NCBI RefSeq assembly: GCF_035594765.1
Contig: NC_085845.1
Coordinates: 190,046,897 to 190,110,896 of the forward strand
Direction: 5' to 3'
DNA: 64,000 nucleotides
Origin: Anolis carolinensis
Taxonomy: Eukaryota
This document shows, piece by piece, positions 58,993-64,000 of the stretch. The translations under genes were made by a program, and so were the position numbers. The notes beneath the pieces were generated by a model. That model did no database searches. It was given only the letters and a program-made list of their open reading frames with translations, and was not told the DNA's origin. Numbering within the stretch: the first letter of the stretch is position 1; every line of letters starts with the position of its first letter.

Positions 58993-60140
58993 AGGTGCCA
59001 ATAGTAATTTGTTCCATCTTCCACCCAGCACTTGGGAAGGATGCCATTGTGGTAGCACCTCCATCTGAAAATGGAAGAAGATATGCTGCTGTCAGCTCAC
59101 ATGTCCGCCTCAAAGGGAGAAGGCATGACATTGTGACACACACACACCTTACATCTTCAAAGGAGAAGGGGATGCACCTGCCAATTAGAACATAATGACA
59201 ATATCATTCTCTCACCATGAAAAAGAGAGACTCAGAAGAAATTAACAGCTAGAGTTTCTGCCTCTATTAGAGCTTGGCTCTGGACATTTGTTAGGCCTCT
59301 GGCAGGGACATGAGGAGAAGCAGTATGTTCACTATTCTGAGCTGTCTGCCAACTCAGACAAGAATTTAAGTGGGGCAAATGGCAGGACTAGGCCTACTTC
59401 TCACACTTGTGGAACAACAGAAATCTAGTTTTGGTGGAGCAGAACAAGAATCCCAAGTTCTGAACATAGTTGTAAAGAAAGCCTTTGCTTTCAGTTGAGC
59501 CTGCTTGGATCTAGAAGAGAGCTTCCAAGGATCAGAGGTAAACAACGGAATTTTCTGCAATTCTCTACAAAAAAAGCCCTAACCCCAAGGACCAGAAGTC
59601 AACAAAACTCCACTTCTGTTTTTATAAAATGGACAAAAACAGTGAATGTGGTATATAACCTATTTAAAAAGATACATTGTCACTCACAGATAAAAAATTC
59701 AGCCTTTTAATTGGCCATAAATGGATGTTTGTATATTTGGATTGGATCAAAAGCCACAACACCAGCTTTCAGGGAGTCACACTTTACCTACTTCTGTTGT
59801 AGATGATCTCACCAAGCCAGATGCAGTTTGTGCTGTGTGTCTTCTGCCTTGGTTTAGCATATTCCTCTCATCTCTCACTTTTCTCAGTTCTATCAAAAGA
59901 GAAAATTAACTGAGCCCTTGGGGGCCTGTCTTGTCTGATGGGTGAGCAGCCTTTGAGTTAATAAATCTTGGTTAAGATGGAAATCTGGTTAGCATTACTG
60001 CCCAACACTCCATGTATCATTGAACCACGGTGAGAAACTAGACCTGGGACTGAAATCCTGTTATAAACAAATGCTGGTGTAACCAAGATTTACACTATTG
60101 TAAATACTTTTTTGTATTTTGCATAAGGGAGGATCTATTA

Positions 60141-60273
60141 CTGTGGTTCTTAACCTGTGGGTCCCCAGGTGTTTTGGCCTTCAACTACCAGAAATCCTGA
60201 CTGCTGGTAAACTGGCTGAGATTTCTGGAGTTGTAGGCCAAACACCTGGGGACCCACAGGTTGAGAACCACTG
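60141..60273. mobile_element. hAT fold-back MITE with SPIN-like termini (same family as 560)
   Basis: TIR ..AGGTTGAGAACCACTG; 8-bp TSD atctatta/atctagta. Confidence 0.88.
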
Positions 60274-61345
60274 ATCTAGTAGTGATCTTGGTATCTGTTG
60301 GATTTTGGTTTCAGGACCCCCAATTGATACCAAAATCTGCAAATGCTCAGGTCCCATTGTATAAAATATCAGTGTTAAATGACAATATCATAGTCCGCAT
60401 TTTGTATTTTTTCTTTTAATGTTTTCAAGCCATGGATAGTGAATCCATGGATGCAGAATCTTTGGGTGTGGTGGTTTTTCTAGGATTTTTGTCTCAAACT
60501 AGACAGGCAAAAGACTTGGTCTCACAATCCTAGTTTCTTTTAATGCAGTAAAAAGACTCACTGAGGTTTGAACAACTAGCCAGATTTTCAGGATAGTCTT
60601 GATGAGAACAGTATGGTCTTAACTCTTCTTATTTTTTCCATCACCTTTACAAACCTGAGATAGATTTCCTTCTTCTTCTCTTTCTTTCTTACCCACTTTA
60701 GACTATTTTTGATGATTATATTGAGTGAATAGATTGCCTTTTATATTTTCTGTTGAGTTTTGTCTTTAAGTGCCATTTCCTGTTTTCTGGCATACCAAAG
60801 AGAATCTGTTCACTTTAATTGGGGTCTCCATAGACTCGTGATCTGCCTTGCCAGACCAGGCTTTCAAAGCTCTCTTACCTATATACTAAAAGAGCTATGA
60901 AGCATGTGGTCCTAGCTGAAATCATTCCACTCAGCCTTTCTAATGGCTAGGCTGTTCCTTGGCAAGACAACCTCATACATCCAGGAGACCTTTTTTTGGG
61001 GGCGGGGGGAGAAAGAGCCAGAGAATTTCAAGGCACTATTGTGATTGTGCTGTGTTTGAATAAAGATGGGGATTTTGAGTGGCCATTTTCAGCTAAGCTC
61101 CATGCTCCTGTGAAATTTGAACTTCGAGAGTTCAGTTAAGGGTTGCATTTAAAAAAAAAAGTAAAATGGCAAAGAGCTACATTATGATGAACTATTCCTT
61201 AACAGAACAGCCCCTAATGTTAGCAAAAATAAAGAGTGTTGGCCCAAATATAGAAAATATCAAAATGTCTGTCCCCTCTCACAAATGAATATGAGCAGCC
61301 TTATTCAAAAGACAACTGCACTACCAAACCTCAAAGGATGGAAAG

Positions 61346-61676
61346 GTAAAGGTAAAGGTTTTCCTCTGATGTTAAGTCCAGTCATGTCTGACTCTGGGGG
61401 TTGGTACTCATTTCCATTTCTAAGCTGAAGAGCCGGCATTGTCTGTAGACACCTCCAAGGTCATGTGGCCGGCATGACTGCATGGAGCACCGTTACCTTC
61501 CCGCCGGAGCGGTACCTATTGATCTACTCACATTGGCATGTTTTCGAACTGCTAGGTTGGCAGAAGCTGGAGCAACAGCGGGCGCTCATTCTGCTCCCGG
61601 GATTTGAACCTGGGACCTTTCGGTCTGCAAGTTCCGCAGCTCAGCGCTTTAACACACTGAGCCACCAGAGGCTCCT
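61346..61676 (-). mobile_element. Sauria SINE
   Basis: 11-bp TSD aggatggaaag (61335-61345 / 61677-61687). Confidence 0.92.
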
Positions 61677-62003
61677 AGGATGGAAAGATATTATAATAAT
61701 TCCTACTACTCATGTGCCTTCATATGTTGACCCATATGTCTACGCCATGGGTAGACAGCTGTGGAAGCTTTTAAAGAAGCACATTTCATGAGCTACAACT
61801 TTCCATATTGTCACCTCAGGTTCTGAAATTTTTTTAAGGCAATTAGCACTCTTAGATAGGATTTGTACTACTCTGATGCTACTCTAGACAGATTGCAGAC
61901 AACGGAAACAGGAGTGGGTGGGATTGATCCTCACCTTAAGCTAAATAAAGGGGCAGTAACTCCTGAAGAAGGGGCAGAAACCTCCTTGGCTATTCTTTTA
62001 GAA

Positions 62004-62729
62004 CAGTGATTCCCCAAATGGGTGATATTGCCCCATGGGGGGTGCTGGAAGGATCCGGGGGAAGGTGGTAGCCTTAGGTTCAGTTCAGGGGTTTTGAATA
62101 AAAATAAAGGGACAGTGGAAACACAGAGAAAGAAGAGACTTTTGAAAAAATGTAAATGTTTCATCTCTAATGCAACATAGAGTTAAAGTTGTAGTGATTA
62201 CTTTATTTTCCAAAAAAAGAGATGAAATGCAAGTTATAACCACTTAGTAGTCAAGTATGTGGACAGATCTTAACAAGCAAGTGTTGGCAGGCAAGCGTGT
62301 TGTGCATTATTGGGATATACTGCTTGCATCAGCAAGAATATGTGCATGTAATGATATTTCTTGATAACTAGGTTTGATATTTGACAATTTACTATCAAAT
62401 ATATATATCTAATGCAGAAAGAACAAAACCCAGTTTATTAGTTTTATTGGTATTTTAGTTTGCTTGTCTTCGGCCATTTTATGCAAAAAAAAAAAAAAAA
62501 AGCTCTCTACCTGATGCTGTAGCCACTATTTTAATAACACAACTATTGCAGATTTTTACAAACACCTTTCTTTACTTTAGTGTAGGATGTAGGTAGAAAT
62601 ACAGATACATAAAAGAATGCAGATTTGTCACTGCATCTTTCTGTTTCAAGGAGGTAGATTTCCAGGGTGGTGTTGAGTCCTTTTTTTCTGAAAAGGGAGC
62701 AATAGGCCAAATAAGTTTGAGAACCTCTT
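62004..62729. mobile_element. hAT-Charlie-like non-autonomous element (~726 bp)
   Basis: Imperfect TIR cagtgattccccaaa..tttgagaacctctt; flanks ttttagaa/ctctagaa resemble the NTCTAGAN target. Confidence 0.6.
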
Positions 62730-64000
62730 CTCTAGAACATTCCGCTCACTGGACAATATAGCTATGTCTGCAATACCCCGTTTTCAGGGCCACAAAGTGG
62801 CCTGCTGCCTCAGAAGGACATGCAGTGCTGGAAAAAAAAACTTCAATCCCTTTGTACACAGAATTTTATATGGTTGCCAACTTATCCTTTGTTTCCAGTG
62901 GCAAAAAACCTTGGAAAATCCCTGGAAGTAGCCAGCCAGCAACAGAGGGGAAACACCACCATCTTTACTCCATTATCTCATCCCCTTCTGGTCAAGTCTG
63001 TGACCACAACCAAGAGAAAAACTATCAAAAGAGGTAAGAAGAGCAAGTTGGTTGAAGCTCTCTTGAACCTGGGACCTATTCTTTGTAGTAAACAGAAAAC
63101 AACACCATGGTTTGAATCCTATTGGATAGTCTTAAACAATTGCTGAATGACAAGACAGGGACTAATAGGAGTATTCAGACCTTTAGTGCTTTGATTTCCA
63201 ATCATTGAATAATGAGTCCAGACACAGAAAGTTGGGTATAACAGCTACTTTATTTTGACCTAGTTCCTATTTATGATGATTGGACCTTAAAGGAGCAAAA
63301 GGGAGGCGCAACCTGATGTGGGTTCAGCTGAGGCCAGCATCTACCCTAGTCTACCTATTGACTCCTTGGGTCAATCATCTGAGCTAATATTGAGTTGCTT
63401 TCTAAGCAGCCACTTTCAACCCAGGATACTCCCACCCAAAGCCCCAATAAGTGGTAGTAAAACCTCCAGGATGTGTAGAGCTTGTTCTACAGCCTTATCC
63501 TTCATCAAAAAAAGTGCCAGGATATACACTAAAGTCTTACATTCTCTCCCCGCTATTAACTAAATGACAGCCTATTTGTAGACACCAACCTGCGCCAAGT
63601 GTCAAAATCCTTCATACAAAGGATGGGATAAGAAGAAATTCCTATTTGACCCAGGAGTGTACTGTAAACTAAAACTGCACCGACAATGGGAGGATGGGCT
63701 GCACTGCAATTGTGCAAAGAGACACATGAGTGGGTGTCCAGACCTTAAATAATCTATGTAGCTATCCCCATCATGTGTGACATTCTGGTGCCTTGTGCCA
63801 CATGCAAAGCTTCTTGGTCTCTGACCATGGAGGCCATCAAAAGAGTACCTTTCCTTATAGAGAATTTTGCCACACTTATCCATGTACACATTTTAGATAC
63901 ACTCTGCTTTCCAACTATATTGTACTACTAGGCTATGTTTCTCACTTTGCCTCCTATAAAGAACATTTCTGGATGCTACATTTTATCCAACCTTATTGTG

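Noticed and set aside
1-64000. CRISPR arrays, operons or other prokaryote-type systems
   Set aside because: Intron-containing vertebrate DNA; no regularly spaced repeat-spacer array seen.

Overview
Vertebrate genomic DNA from a squamate, most likely an Anolis lizard. This is inferred from Sauria SINEs, 5S-derived SINEs, anole-type L2 tails, and Penelope and R4/Dong-like elements. The window holds the 5' half of LMO3 (LIM domain only 3) on the minus strand. There is one 214-nt coding exon (21237-21450; ATG at 21442; first LIM domain) and at least three candidate alternative non-coding first exons, ending in AG|GTAAGT donors at 38937, 39325 and 45811, in or next to CpG-rich promoter blocks (~37.6-40.0 kb and ~44.2-47.5 kb, with two assembly gaps). 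The remaining LMO3 coding exons were not found and probably lie left of base 1. Everything else is intron or upstream DNA rich in often nested transposons: L2, CR1, RTE, L1, R4/Dong, Penelope, SINEs, Tc1/mariner, hAT and Harbinger-like MITEs, and two solo LTRs. The most notable observations are: an intact Penelope hammerhead ribozyme oriented sense to LMO3; a 5'-inverted (twin-priming-like) R4/Dong insertion next to the coding exon; an inverted pair of RE1/NRSE-like sites upstream; an identical double-TAATTA 21-mer on both sides of the promoter; uORFs in the candidate first exons; and ZNF143/THAP11-like motifs carried by MITEs. I see no evidence of a new protein-coding system. Repeat family names come from recognition, not database searches, and most repeat boundaries without a stated TSD are approximate.
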